Part shown: piece by piece, positions 9,681-19,126 of the stretch
Layout of the letters: every line of letters starts with the position of its first letter
Position numbering within the stretch: the stretch's first letter is position 1
The notes under the pieces: model-generated
What the model was told of the DNA's origin: nothing
Database searches by the model: none
The model's input: the letters and a program-made list of their open reading frames with translations, nothing else
NCBI GenBank assembly: GCA_038046805.1
Contig: JBBSVO010000006.1
Span: forward strand, 172,976 to 236,975
Length of the DNA: 64,000 bases
Reading direction: 5' to 3'
From: Candidatus Micrarchaeota archaeon
GTDB lineage: Archaea; Micrarchaeota; Micrarchaeia; Anstonellales; Bilamarchaeaceae
Position numbers and translations under genes: made by a program

Positions 9681-10694
9681 ATGAAACTTAGCGATGCACT
9701 TCGTTCTCCAAAATATCAAGCGATAATACTGGTAGTCCTGCTCGCATTTTATCTTCTTTCTCCAAACGATTTTTTCAGGGTTATTTTCGGTATCTTAACT
9801 GCCCTTACATTTCTGGCAATGGTTGCACTTGAAATGAAATCTGGTGTTGATCAGCAGGGATGGAAAAACGAGATTAAGGATACTGCCGTGTTAATTATTG
9901 TGGTTTTGATCTTCTGGTTTGCAATCCAATTCCTATTGAATACGTCCTCTCCAATCTCTGCGGTTGTTACCTGTAGTATGCTTCCAAATCTCCAACGCGG
10001 AGATTTTGCAATCGTGCAGGGTGCGATTCCAAACGCGCATGAAATAGAATTAACGAAAGCGGAATTACAGCAATTGTTCGGAAAGAGCACACTCATTTTC
10101 AATGGTACAAATACGGAAGTTTTCGGTTCTGCATATTCGTATTGCCTTGGCGTTGGTTCCGGGACTCAGTTATGCGCCGCGTTTGTAAGCAGTCCGGAAT
10201 CCATCACTGAGGTCCGCGGACCATTGGAATTCAAATATTCAAAATGCAATCTTGACAAGAAGACCGCAAGTGGCGGAAACAACGGAAACAGCGGCAGCGC
10301 GATAATCCGATATGAAGAGCCGTGCGTGAGCGAAGTCATCCTTTCAGCGAGCGGCAAATCTTTCAAACCAAATTACAATAACGACGTCATAGTCTATCAG
10401 CCAGCGAAATACGAATATTATTCACTTAGCGGAGATATAATCCACCGAGCCTATTTCAAAATCAGGGTGCAGGAAACAGGAGAATTTTATTTCCTTTCAA
10501 AAGGAGACAATAATCCCGTGCTGGATATCCAGGTTTTTGATTATTATATCGGAATGGGCAATGAGCCTATCTCAAAACAGAAGCTAAAAGGAAAATTAAT
10601 TGCCAAGGTTCCGCTTCTCGGTTACTACAAGCTTCTTCTCTCAGGTTTTTTCACAGAACCGCCACAATGCGCAACGTTGTTGGAACAGAAGTAG
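9681..10694 (+). CDS. Archaeal signal peptidase I (S26B) with a large insertion
   Basis: N-terminal TM helices; VVTCSMLPNLQRGD, IIHR, KGDNNP. Confidence 0.8.
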   Translation: MKLSDALRSPKYQAIILVVLLAFYLLSPNDFFRVIFGILTALTFLAMVALEMKSGVDQQGWKNEIKDTAVLIIVVLIFWFAIQFLLNTSSPISAVVTCSMLPNLQRGDFAIVQGAIPNAHEIELTKAELQQLFGKSTLIFNGTNTEVFGSAYSYCLGVGSGTQLCAAFVSSPESITEVRGPLEFKYSKCNLDKKTASGGNNGNSGSAIIRYEEPCVSEVILSASGKSFKPNYNNDVIVYQPAKYEYYSLSGDIIHRAYFKIRVQETGEFYFLSKGDNNPVLDIQVFDYYIGMGNEPISKQKLKGKLIAKVPLLGYYKLLLSGFFTEPPQCATLLEQK

Positions 10695-10712
10695 TGATTC
10701 AACTGCCTTGGG

Positions 10713-11522
10713 CTATGGGCCTTGAGCAATGAGCCCTGTGCTCTGGGCCACCTCATTTAGAATCAGCAACGTACCCACTATCGCGAGCAATGCCGCCATC
10801 ATTGTCCTTTGTTTTTTTTCGTCTATCCTGGCAGAGTGTCCGGCGCCAATCCATGCCCCGGTCATTGCACCAACCAGCACTACCCCCGCCACGCTGAGAT
10901 TTACATTCCCAAGCGCGTAATGCGTCATTGAGCTGGGTATTGCGTATATCGCAATCATCATCAGGGATGTGGGAACCGCTTTTTTGATTGAAATCCCCCG
11001 CATTTTCGTCAGAAGCGGGACAAGAAGTGCACCCCCGCCTATCCCGAAGAATCCAGATGCGAATCCTGCAGATGCACCGATCGCAGTTGTATTGATTATT
11101 TTTTTATTCAATTCTCCTTCTGCACTTTCTGTATCTCCCATCGTCTCGGTGTTTTTTTCTCTTTCCAAAAATGTCATTGCCGCAAGCACAAGGATAAGGA
11201 TTCCCAGAAGTGCCATAAGCCAGCTTCCGGCGATATACTGCGTGAGCATTGCGCCGATGATTGAGAACACAATGCCGGCAATCCCGCCAATCAGAGCGGT
11301 TTTGTATTTTATCAGCCCCTGTTTGGAAAACTGAAGCGCTCCGGCAATAGCGGTTGGTATCGTCAGTGTAATTGCAGTACCAACTGCCTCGGTTCCAGAG
11401 AACCCAAGGAGAATCCGGAAAACAGGTATTGCTACAATTGCCCCGCCTATTCCGAACAGCGATGCAAGAACGCCTATGAGAATTCCTGCAACGAATAGTA
11501 ATGCTATCAGCATGATTTCCAT
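10713..11522 (-). CDS. TauE/SafE family membrane transporter
   Basis: Two GIGGG-like motifs, AVGT/AVPTSL, about 8 TM segments. Confidence 0.85.
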   Translation of the reverse strand: MEIMLIALLFVAGILIGVLASLFGIGGAIVAIPVFRILLGFSGTEAVGTAITLTIPTAIAGALQFSKQGLIKYKTALIGGIAGIVFSIIGAMLTQYIAGSWLMALLGILILVLAAMTFLEREKNTETMGDTESAEGELNKKIINTTAIGASAGFASGFFGIGGGALLVPLLTKMRGISIKKAVPTSLMMIAIYAIPSSMTHYALGNVNLSVAGVVLVGAMTGAWIGAGHSARIDEKKQRTMMAALLAIVGTLLILNEVAQSTGLIAQGP

Positions 11523-11536
11523 ATCAATGCGCCGGG

Positions 11537-12343
11537 TTATCCGTAATGGCTGTCTCCGAATTCAAGGGTTAAAATCTGTCTTAACCTATCTGTTAATTCG
11601 TCTTTCTCCTTTTTGGACAGTTTAAGCCCTTCCATTTTCTGGTCCCATTTGGCAAGTGCGGAAGCAATCCGTTGCAGTGTCTGCTCTCTTTCTGTGCAGG
11701 TTGCGTATTCAAGAAGTGATTTCAGCGCATAGGGCGAATTGCTTTCTCCAAGCGTATCTATTACGGCATTCTTCAGCATGTGCATAGATTCCGCTTCTAT
11801 AGAAGAGAAAAACGTGAAGTGGTATGTCAACAATTTTGCCGCGTCATCCCCCTCAAGTCTTCCAAGTAACTTTACTAACGCAATAAGTCCCTCTAGCGAG
11901 AAATTATAATTAAACATCGCTCTATATACGTTTATTCTGATCTGAGAAGGATCTGCAGTTGGTAATTTTCTTTTGAAATGTTCAAAATTGTGCATTGTTT
12001 TCATATCTGCAGCCTGCGAAAGGTTTTCATGAATCATGTAAAGTATCATCTGCTTTACTGTGTCGTCTTCCTTTGCATATGCTTCAATGATTCGGTTCTC
12101 TGCCTGAATCCTGGAATCCTCCCTTGTAGCAACAGGATAAAATCTGAATGCAAAAAATGCCTGTTCTATTTCCTTAACCAGTGCCGCCATGCGTTCATCT
12201 TTCTTCCGTTCCTCTTCGTTCTTTTCAGGTTGTGGGGGGGCTGGAGGCTGGGCCCGAGTTTGGACTGGTTGCTGCACAGGATTAAGATTCTCGTTTTTCT
12301 TTGCTTCCTTTATTCCGCTTGTTTCTTTTTTCTCATCAGGCAT
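11537..12343 (-). CDS. Hypothetical helical (HEAT-like) protein
   Basis: Long ORF, Pro/Gln-rich N-terminus, AVIDTLGE/ALAK helical repeats. Confidence 0.65.
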   Translation of the reverse strand: MPDEKKETSGIKEAKKNENLNPVQQPVQTRAQPPAPPQPEKNEEERKKDERMAALVKEIEQAFFAFRFYPVATREDSRIQAENRIIEAYAKEDDTVKQMILYMIHENLSQAADMKTMHNFEHFKRKLPTADPSQIRINVYRAMFNYNFSLEGLIALVKLLGRLEGDDAAKLLTYHFTFFSSIEAESMHMLKNAVIDTLGESNSPYALKSLLEYATCTEREQTLQRIASALAKWDQKMEGLKLSKKEKDELTDRLRQILTLEFGDSHYG

Positions 12344-12406
12344 GGAAATCCCTTTAAACAGCATATTTGTTAATCAATTTGTTATGTATTATCTGCAGGT
12401 GGTTTT

Positions 12407-12976
12407 TTGAACATACTACATGAGTTATATTTCGCCACGAGCAATGAACATAAATTCAGCGAGGCAAAACCTATTCTCGCCGCATCAGACATAACTATAA
12501 TCCATTTTCCTTTTACTCATAATGAAATCCGCTCGGATAGCCTTGAAGATATCGCATCGGAGGCAGCCATTACGGCCCATTCCAAACTAAAAAAACCTGT
12601 TTTTGTTGAAGATACTGGTCTTTTCATCAATGCGTTGAATGGTTTTCCTGGAACCTACTCTGCCTGGGTCCAGAAGAAAATAGGAAACGAGGGTATTCTC
12701 AGGCTTCTCTCAGATATGCCAGCACCAGAGCGTTCCGCATCATTTAAGACTGCCATTGCGTACGTGGATAAAAGCGGAAAAACAAAAACATTCATAGGCG
12801 AGTGCGCAGGGTCTATTTCGCTAAAAACACGCGGAAAAGGTGGCTTTGGGTATGATTCCATCTTTATTCCGAATGATTATACTGTTACATTTGCCGAAAA
12901 CGTAAGTTTAAAAAACAACCTCTCTCATAGATATAAATCCTTACGGCTTTTTGCTGATTATTTGACATCCATGTGA
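12407..12976 (+). CDS. rdgB: Non-canonical purine NTP pyrophosphatase (Ham1/RdgB)
   Basis: FATSNEHK, VEDTGL, GFPGTYS, GFGYDSIF, SHR. Confidence 0.93.
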   Translation: MNILHELYFATSNEHKFSEAKPILAASDITIIHFPFTHNEIRSDSLEDIASEAAITAHSKLKKPVFVEDTGLFINALNGFPGTYSAWVQKKIGNEGILRLLSDMPAPERSASFKTAIAYVDKSGKTKTFIGECAGSISLKTRGKGGFGYDSIFIPNDYTVTFAENVSLKNNLSHRYKSLRLFADYLTSM

Positions 12977-13028
12977 ATAGCTGTATCAATTGTTAGATTA
13001 ACAAAATTTATTTAGGTGAATTAATACA

Positions 13029-13048
13029 TTGAACGGCGTTCCGTTCAA
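13029..13048. repeat. 20-bp palindrome, copy 1 of the AACG-N6-CGTT family
   Basis: TTGAACGG-CGTT-CCGTTCAA; 19/20 identical to 45098..45117. Confidence 0.75.
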
Positions 13049-13088
13049 AAATAAAAATTTCGATAAAGGTTCTTAAGGTGAAATTTTT

Positions 13089-13544
13089 ATGGCACGATTA
13101 CATTCAAAGAAGAAAGGAAAGGCAGGTACGAAGATGCCTAAGCAGAAGTCTGCACCAGAATGGGTATCTGTTTCTAAAGCAGATTTAACTACGATGGTTG
13201 TAAAGATGGCTAAGGAAGGAGTTCCTGCGTCGAAGATAGGTCTTGCATTGCGCGACCTGAAAGGCGTACCGAGCATTCGGGCGGTTACAGGAAAGCGCAT
13301 GTGCGAATTGCTTAAAGACGAGGGTGCTTCCCCCGAATATCCAGAAGATCTTATTGCTCTTATTAAAAAGGCAGTGAAAATACGCACACATCTAAAGGAT
13401 TCAACCGCTGATACGCACAACGCGGTCAAGCTTTCTCACATTGAGTCCAAGATAAACCGTCTTGTAAAATATTATGCTCGCACAGGCAGAATTCCGAAGA
13501 ACTGGAGATACTCTCCGGAAAAAGCGGCTTTGCTGGTTAAATAA
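13089..13544 (+). CDS. rps15: 30S ribosomal protein S15 (uS15)
   Basis: MARLHSKKKGK...IGLALRD..GVP...PEDL...IESKINRLVKYY. Confidence 0.96.
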   Translation: MARLHSKKKGKAGTKMPKQKSAPEWVSVSKADLTTMVVKMAKEGVPASKIGLALRDLKGVPSIRAVTGKRMCELLKDEGASPEYPEDLIALIKKAVKIRTHLKDSTADTHNAVKLSHIESKINRLVKYYARTGRIPKNWRYSPEKAALLVK

Positions 13545-13568
13545 TACTTCTAAATGCAGGTAGATTTG

Positions 13569-14159
13569 ATGGCTGATAAAAAATCCAAAGTAGTTGATAA
13601 ATGGAAGACAAAGGTATGGTACTCTGTCCTTGCTCCAGAAATGTTTGAAGGAAAAGAGATAGCAGAGGTTGTAGCATCTGATGAAAAGCTTCTTCAGAAC
13701 AGGATTGTAAAATGCAGTCTTATGGAAATGATCGGTTCGGGCAGCCAAAATGCGATGTTTACCTCTTTGAGTTTCAGAGTTTGTGATGTAAAGGGAAAGA
13801 ATGCACACACAAAATTAATTGGCCATGAGATATCTCCTTCATATATCCGCACACTTGCAAGAAGGGGAAAAACACTTATCCACCTTGCTCTTCCTGTCAA
13901 GACAAAGGATGACGGTGCTATTAATATTAAACTGGTTGCAGTCACAGGCGCACGTGTGAGTGCAAATACGAAAAAGAACCTGCTCAATACGATGACGGAA
14001 GAAGTGCAAAAAGCCGCAGAGGAATTAAGCTATGACCAGCTTATGCAGGATGTTCTTTACGGAAGACTCGCATCCAAGATTTTCAACAAACTGAAGCAAA
14101 TCACATTCATGAAACGCGTTGAAGTGCGCAAGAGCGAGAAGAAAGAAGAATTTAAGTAA
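13569..14159 (+). CDS. rps3ae: 30S ribosomal protein S3ae (eS1)
   Basis: DKWKTKVWYSVLAPEMF...RVEVRKSE. Confidence 0.93.
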   Translation: MADKKSKVVDKWKTKVWYSVLAPEMFEGKEIAEVVASDEKLLQNRIVKCSLMEMIGSGSQNAMFTSLSFRVCDVKGKNAHTKLIGHEISPSYIRTLARRGKTLIHLALPVKTKDDGAINIKLVAVTGARVSANTKKNLLNTMTEEVQKAAEELSYDQLMQDVLYGRLASKIFNKLKQITFMKRVEVRKSEKKEEFK

Positions 14160-14174
14160 TTCTCGGCTGATTTT

Positions 14175-14501
14175 ATGCTTCCAAACATGGATCCAAAGCA
14201 GATGGAGCGCATGATGAAGCAGATGGGGATAAATTCAAGACAGATCCCTGCATCCCGCGTTGTTATTGAAACTGATTCTGAGAATCTTATTATTGAAAAT
14301 CCACAAATTACGGAAATTTCAATGCAAGGCCAGAAATCTTATCAAATCGCCGGAACAATCCGTTCGGAATCCCTCATCAGCGAGGAAGACATCAGGATGG
14401 TTATGGATCAGGCGGGTGTAGACAAGGAAAAGGCCGTGGAATCCCTGAAAAAGCACAAGGGAGACATCGCTGCGGCGATAATGGAATTGAAATCAGAATA
14501 A
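14175..14501 (+). CDS. nac: Nascent polypeptide-associated complex protein
   Basis: MDPKQMERMMKQMGI; C-terminal UBA-like GDIAAAIMEL. Confidence 0.93.
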   Translation: MLPNMDPKQMERMMKQMGINSRQIPASRVVIETDSENLIIENPQITEISMQGQKSYQIAGTIRSESLISEEDIRMVMDQAGVDKEKAVESLKKHKGDIAAAIMELKSE

Positions 14502-14569
14502 CCAAGTTAACTAAAGTAGTTTAGTATAATTTAATTTATTCTCAGGATTAACTATCAGGATGTGTTCTT

Positions 14570-14992
14570 ATGTTGGCTATGGCTATTGCTCGAAAACCTT
14601 TTTTTGATAGTTTAAATCCTTTCAAACGCGGTCCGAGCCGATCGACCGTTAAAGACTGGTTGCTAAGCGGAGATCATACTGCTCTTTGTGAAAACACTGT
14701 TTTGTATCGCGGTGCTGTTCTTTCTGCCGCAACCAATCTCGTTTCAACATTAGGTGGTGAACCAATGCGCGTCAGGGATAGAGCTGCGAAATTCCTTTTA
14801 ACAACAGCAAGAAGCGGCGAGGATCTTTCAGAAGTTGCCGATATTCTAGCTCCAATTGTCCGGAGAGAACTTGATGCTGACATTCGTTCAACCATCATCT
14901 TAGCGTTAAGAACGAGTTTTAATGCCGATCCAGTTTCAAGGGAGAAAATTCTACGAGCAGTGCCTGACCTAAGAACGCTTCAACTGGACTAA
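14570..14992 (+). CDS. Hypothetical protein
   Basis: 140-aa ORF; shares an LLSGD-type motif with 59625..59996. Confidence 0.6.
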   Translation: MLAMAIARKPFFDSLNPFKRGPSRSTVKDWLLSGDHTALCENTVLYRGAVLSAATNLVSTLGGEPMRVRDRAAKFLLTTARSGEDLSEVADILAPIVRRELDADIRSTIILALRTSFNADPVSREKILRAVPDLRTLQLD

Positions 14993-15042
14993 ATCCTCTT
15001 AAATGCCAATCAATAAAAATCTTAACCGCCAATATCTGACAT

Positions 15043-15657
15043 ATGAAAAAAGAGCTCATTCTCATTGCATTTCTTATAATCATTGCGGTTTTCCTTGTGA
15101 GTGTGAGCAATTTTTACAAAAAGAACATTGAAATTGCAGATGCAAAGAAATTCGTGATGGATGACCTGGCATCGAAGTATCCTGGTGCATCCATGTCGAT
15201 CCTCAGCGTGACTAATAGAACAAATACAGCTGGGGACAAATATTTCGAGATAAAGGCAAAAGCGACCCAGGGCGATTCCACACCCTGTCCTGAACGTGTG
15301 CACATCTACTATAATTATCCAGCGCAGAATTTCGTAACCCAGCCACCAGATTATGTTACATTGAACTGCAAGGTTTGTTCAGGAGTAGAGAACAAGAAAT
15401 GCGTTATTGCATTCTCTGAAGAAGCCATAATTGCGTCTCATACAATGTCTGGTACGGCTGAGGTGGAAGCGTATATAAAGAGTTATAAAGATGTTCTTCC
15501 ACTAACCTCAGAGGATGATAGCGGGTGGCTAGTCGTATGGGATTCTCCGTTCGCTTCATATTCTTATACAGTATCGGTTTCAAGAAGTGGTTCCATCTTA
15601 GGAATTGCAAAAAAAGAGAAAAGCAATAATCTTGAAAAAAACACAACTGGTGATTAA
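15043..15657 (+). CDS. Secreted or membrane-anchored hypothetical protein
   Basis: N-terminal signal/anchor; four Cys. Confidence 0.7.
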   Translation: MKKELILIAFLIIIAVFLVSVSNFYKKNIEIADAKKFVMDDLASKYPGASMSILSVTNRTNTAGDKYFEIKAKATQGDSTPCPERVHIYYNYPAQNFVTQPPDYVTLNCKVCSGVENKKCVIAFSEEAIIASHTMSGTAEVEAYIKSYKDVLPLTSEDDSGWLVVWDSPFASYSYTVSVSRSGSILGIAKKEKSNNLEKNTTGD

Positions 15658-15659
15658 CA

Positions 15660-15830
15660 ATGAGCTGGAAACAATCAAAAGTCTCTATGCCTATGGCATC
15701 CGCAGGTATTCTTGGAGTTTCTTCTGATGAGAGGATGGCAGGAATAGAGGTTGATCCCAAAACCGTGGTAATCGGAAGCCTGCTTATAGTAGGGATTATA
15801 AAGTTAGTCTCATTCCTGTTCAAAGCTTAA
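15660..15830 (+). CDS. secG: Preprotein translocase Sec61beta (not in the ORF track)
   Basis: MSWKQSKVSMPMASAGILGVSSDERMAGIEVDPKTVVIGSLLIVGIIKLV: P..SAGI...I.VDPK.V plus one TM. Confidence 0.85.
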   Translation: MSWKQSKVSMPMASAGILGVSSDERMAGIEVDPKTVVIGSLLIVGIIKLVSFLFKA

Positions 15831-15853
15831 CATGACCGCATAGATGCGGGCTG

Positions 15854-16393
15854 GTGATTTCATTGTCTGTTGAAACCGTTCTTGGTAGCATTGCTTTGGC
15901 TTTTTTCAAATTATTGATAGGCCTTGTTCTGGCAATAGGATCAATTTATCTTGGAACAAATCTTCTTGATCGTCTAACCAGGGATGTTGATGAGTGGAAG
16001 GAGATAAAGCGTGGGAACTTTGCCATAGGTATTCTTTTCGGCGGGGTTATTCTTTCAATTGCTATCATAATAGAAAATGGGGTTTCTGCCGCTCTTTCCG
16101 CGATTGTGCCTGGAATGAGTTTTCCAAGTTTAATCGTCTCATTGTTTGTGTCAGTACTCAAACTTCTCGTAGGAGTTCTTGCAGCGGTTTTCTCAGTTTA
16201 CATGGCGCTTCGCGTGATCGATTCCATAACCCATGATATCGATGAATTAAGCGAACTGAAAAAGGGAAATGTAGCAATGGCTATTGTAATGGCCGCAGTG
16301 ATGATTGCAGTATCCTTTGTCATAAAGAGTTCAGTGGATATTGTCATGGCTGCAACTGATTTTAGTATTATCTCGGATTTTTTCGGAGTGTGA
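15854..16393 (+). CDS. DUF350-like membrane protein
   Basis: Two repeats of DEW/DELxExKxGNxAxxI separated by TM helices. Confidence 0.8.
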   Translation: MISLSVETVLGSIALAFFKLLIGLVLAIGSIYLGTNLLDRLTRDVDEWKEIKRGNFAIGILFGGVILSIAIIIENGVSAALSAIVPGMSFPSLIVSLFVSVLKLLVGVLAAVFSVYMALRVIDSITHDIDELSELKKGNVAMAIVMAAVMIAVSFVIKSSVDIVMAATDFSIISDFFGV

Positions 16394-16425
16394 CTTTTTA
16401 AATTCAATTTTGTATAATTATAGTT

Positions 16426-17091
16426 ATGCATGTTTCCGCATGGTATGATAAGGCTGCAGTAAAATACGCGACTTTCAGGAGACCTCAAAAGGAATTTGAG
16501 GCAATCGATCATTTTCTTTCACCCAGCCAAAGGCGCATTCTAGATGCCGGGTGCGGTCATGGAGACGTATCTCGTTATATGGCATCCAAAGGAAAAGCAG
16601 TCACTGCAATTGATGTGTCTACAGAGTTAATCCGTATCGCAGGTTCAATGCGGGCTAAAGGCTGTTCGTTTCAGGTTGCGGACATGCAACAGTTTCAACC
16701 CGATGCCGGCACCCTGTTTGATGGCGCGGTTTTTCTCTATTCCCTTATCCACAATACAAAAGATGAAACAGTCTCCATTTTGCGGCGCACTTCGCAATTT
16801 CTCAATCCCACCTATTCATCTCTTTTTGTAGTCCTTCATAACATTAATCTTTATTCGGGTTGCGTAACCAGGGTGGTTGTACCATCCCAATTTTCCGACG
16901 ATCAGGTTGAACTTTACCTGTGGCCAATGAAAGAGATTTACCAGGTGTTTTTTGATTTGGGTATGCGCAGCATCGAAATATCTGTTCGTCAGCCGGAGAG
17001 TAACGAGCTTCCGTTTCCACGTATTTATGTCGTAGGACATAACATCCAAGGGGTTCCATTGAATTATTTCGTAACTATAAAACCATTGTAA
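16426..17091 (+). CDS. Class I SAM-dependent methyltransferase
   Basis: ILDAGCGHG, AIDVS, VADM, YSLIH. Confidence 0.8.
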   Translation: MHVSAWYDKAAVKYATFRRPQKEFEAIDHFLSPSQRRILDAGCGHGDVSRYMASKGKAVTAIDVSTELIRIAGSMRAKGCSFQVADMQQFQPDAGTLFDGAVFLYSLIHNTKDETVSILRRTSQFLNPTYSSLFVVLHNINLYSGCVTRVVVPSQFSDDQVELYLWPMKEIYQVFFDLGMRSIEISVRQPESNELPFPRIYVVGHNIQGVPLNYFVTIKPL

Positions 17092-17230
17092 ACTATTCAT
17101 CGTCTCGCAAACTACGAAGTTGTTTTTTTTGACTTCGGATATTATGGATGGTCACCTCATATTAGTGGTTTGCTATAATGTGGCCTCTCTTTTTATTCTT
17201 TGTTTTTCATTATATCCCCAGTTGATTAGC

Positions 17231-18700
17231 ATGCAAATTGACAAACACTCCAAGTTCTCAGAATGGTATAATACGATTACAAAGGATGCCGAGCTGTGCG
17301 ACCTCAGATATAATCTTAAGGGCTTTATTGTTTTCATGCCATGGGCGGTCATGAGCATGAAGCGTATGTATTCCATTTACGAGCGCGAACTCGAAGCACA
17401 CGGGCACGTTCCTGCATTGTTTCCAGCACTTATCCCCGAGAGCAATTTTAAGGGGGAAAAGGAGCATGTTGAAGGATTTATTCCGGAAGTGTTTTGGGTT
17501 ACCGAAGCAGGCAGGGAAAAACTTGAGGAAAGATATGCGATGAGGCCGACAAGTGAAACTGCCATGTACCCGATGTATTCTCTCTGGATTCAGGGTTTGA
17601 AAGATTTGCCTCTCAAAATCTATCAGAGCTGTCAGGTGTGGAGACACGAAACCAAAGCCACAAGACCATTCATTCGTTCGCGTGAGTTCTGGTGGATCGA
17701 AGCACATGATGTTTTTGCTACTGAACAAGAAGCATTTGCACAGGTTAAAGAAGATATGGAAACTGCAGAGAAGATCATTCACGGTGTGTTCGGAGTCCCA
17801 TTTCTATTCTTCAAACGGCCGCAATGGGATAAGTTCGCAGGAGCAGATGATACTTATGCAGCAGACTGCATAATGCCGGATGGCCGTGCCCTTCAGTTGC
17901 CTTCAACACATATGCTTGGTCAGCATTTTTCAAAGGCTTTTGGCGTAAAATATATGGATGCTGAGGGGAAGGAACAGTATGGATGGCAGACGTGTTACGG
18001 TCCATGCATTTCAAGAATTTATGCTGCAGTAATCTCAGTTCACGGGGATGATAAAGGTCTTATTCTTCCGTTTGAACTTGCCCCAGTCCAGGTCGTAATC
18101 GTTCCGATTTACAAGGGTGAAAACAAAAAAATCGTTGATTCCGAGTGCGGAAAAATTGAAAAAATATTGCGGGAAAGCGGAATAAAAGTGAAGTTCGACA
18201 ATTCCGAGAACACGCCTGGCTTCAAGTTCAATCATTGGGAAATGAAAGGGGTTCCGCTTCGTGTTGATATAGGTGAGCGGGACATTTCAAACAAAAGCGT
18301 AGTTGTAGTGCGTCGCGATAACCGTGAAAAATCATTCGTGAAAGTTGCGGAACTTATTGAAAAAATAAACAAATCTGCAAAAGATGTTTCAAATTCCATC
18401 AGGGAAAAAGCCGATCAATGGTTCAAAGGCAAGGTCAATTCTGCAACAACTATGAAAGAGCTATCAAATATCCTCGAAACAACTGGTGGATTTGTACGTG
18501 TTCCGTTCTGCACTGATGAAATGGAAGGAGAAAAATGTGCGGATAAGATAAAGGAGGAAACCCATGCGAACATGCGCGGTTCTCTTTTTGAAGGAAGAGA
18601 AATCGGAAAAGAAGGAAAAGAAAAGCCAAAAGAATCCGAGAAATGCATCGCGTGCGGGAAAAAGGCGAAAATCTATTTGTATGCGGCGAGACAATACTAA
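17231..18700 (+). CDS. proS: Prolyl-tRNA synthetase (archaeal/eukaryal type)
   Basis: FSEWY, RPTSET, REFWWIEAH, KFNHWEMKGVP, C-terminal ARQY. Confidence 0.96.
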   Translation: MQIDKHSKFSEWYNTITKDAELCDLRYNLKGFIVFMPWAVMSMKRMYSIYERELEAHGHVPALFPALIPESNFKGEKEHVEGFIPEVFWVTEAGREKLEERYAMRPTSETAMYPMYSLWIQGLKDLPLKIYQSCQVWRHETKATRPFIRSREFWWIEAHDVFATEQEAFAQVKEDMETAEKIIHGVFGVPFLFFKRPQWDKFAGADDTYAADCIMPDGRALQLPSTHMLGQHFSKAFGVKYMDAEGKEQYGWQTCYGPCISRIYAAVISVHGDDKGLILPFELAPVQVVIVPIYKGENKKIVDSECGKIEKILRESGIKVKFDNSENTPGFKFNHWEMKGVPLRVDIGERDISNKSVVVVRRDNREKSFVKVAELIEKINKSAKDVSNSIREKADQWFKGKVNSATTMKELSNILETTGGFVRVPFCTDEMEGEKCADKIKEETHANMRGSLFEGREIGKEGKEKPKESEKCIACGKKAKIYLYAARQY

Positions 18701-18737
18701 TTTTTATTTTGTTGTGCCGCAATAACCTCTTTACATT

Positions 18738-18870
18738 AGCCCCGTCGTCTAGAGTGTCCCGTGTCTTGAGTCCAGCGTCCAGAATACGGAACGTTAAACG
18801 GGAGACAGACTTTGGTCAAGGATAGTGGACTTTGGATCCATTGACACCGGTTCGAATCCGGCCGGGGCTA
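18738..18870 (+). tRNA. tRNA-Gln(UUG) with 60-nt D-loop intron at 15/16 (18753..18812)
   Basis: AGCCCCG/CGGGGCT acceptor, GTGGA-CTTTGGA-TCCAT, GGTTCGAATCC; BHB GTCT/AGAC with AG|A and TT|T bulges. Confidence 0.9.
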
Positions 18871-18882
18871 TATAATTTTTTT

Positions 18883-18912
18883 CAGTTTCCGGTCTCGGGT
18901 CTCGAGTTCCGG
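18883..18912. repeat. 7-nt-periodic degenerate repeat between two tRNAs
   Basis: agtttcc ggtctcg ggtctcg agttccg. Confidence 0.6.
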
Positions 18913-18922
18913 TTATATTTTT

Positions 18923-19015
18923 GGGCCCGTGGTCGATACGTTTGCAAAAACGCGACAGCGGTAAGACGCTACTCTCACACAGTAGAGACACGGGGTTCAA
19001 TTCCTCGCGGGCCCA
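18923..19015 (+). tRNA. tRNA-Val(CAC) with 21-nt D-loop intron at 15/16 (18938..18958)
   Basis: GGGCCCG/CGGGCCC, CTACT-CTCACAC-AGTAG, GGTTCAATTCC; BHB GTCG/CGAC with AT|A and AG|C bulges. Confidence 0.88.
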
Positions 19016-19126
19016 ATTTTTCCTTTGTATTGCGTTTAGTGTCTTTGGTTTTAACTCTTGAAAAATTGGGAAGAAGTAAAATTTCAGCAGAAATTTTATA
19101 ACAGCTCATTTTTCTATTTATCTGCT

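Noticed and set aside
18643..19101. Short ORFs over tRNA-Gln and tRNA-Val; likewise 42505..43184 and 60084..60350
   Set aside because: Explained by tRNA genes.
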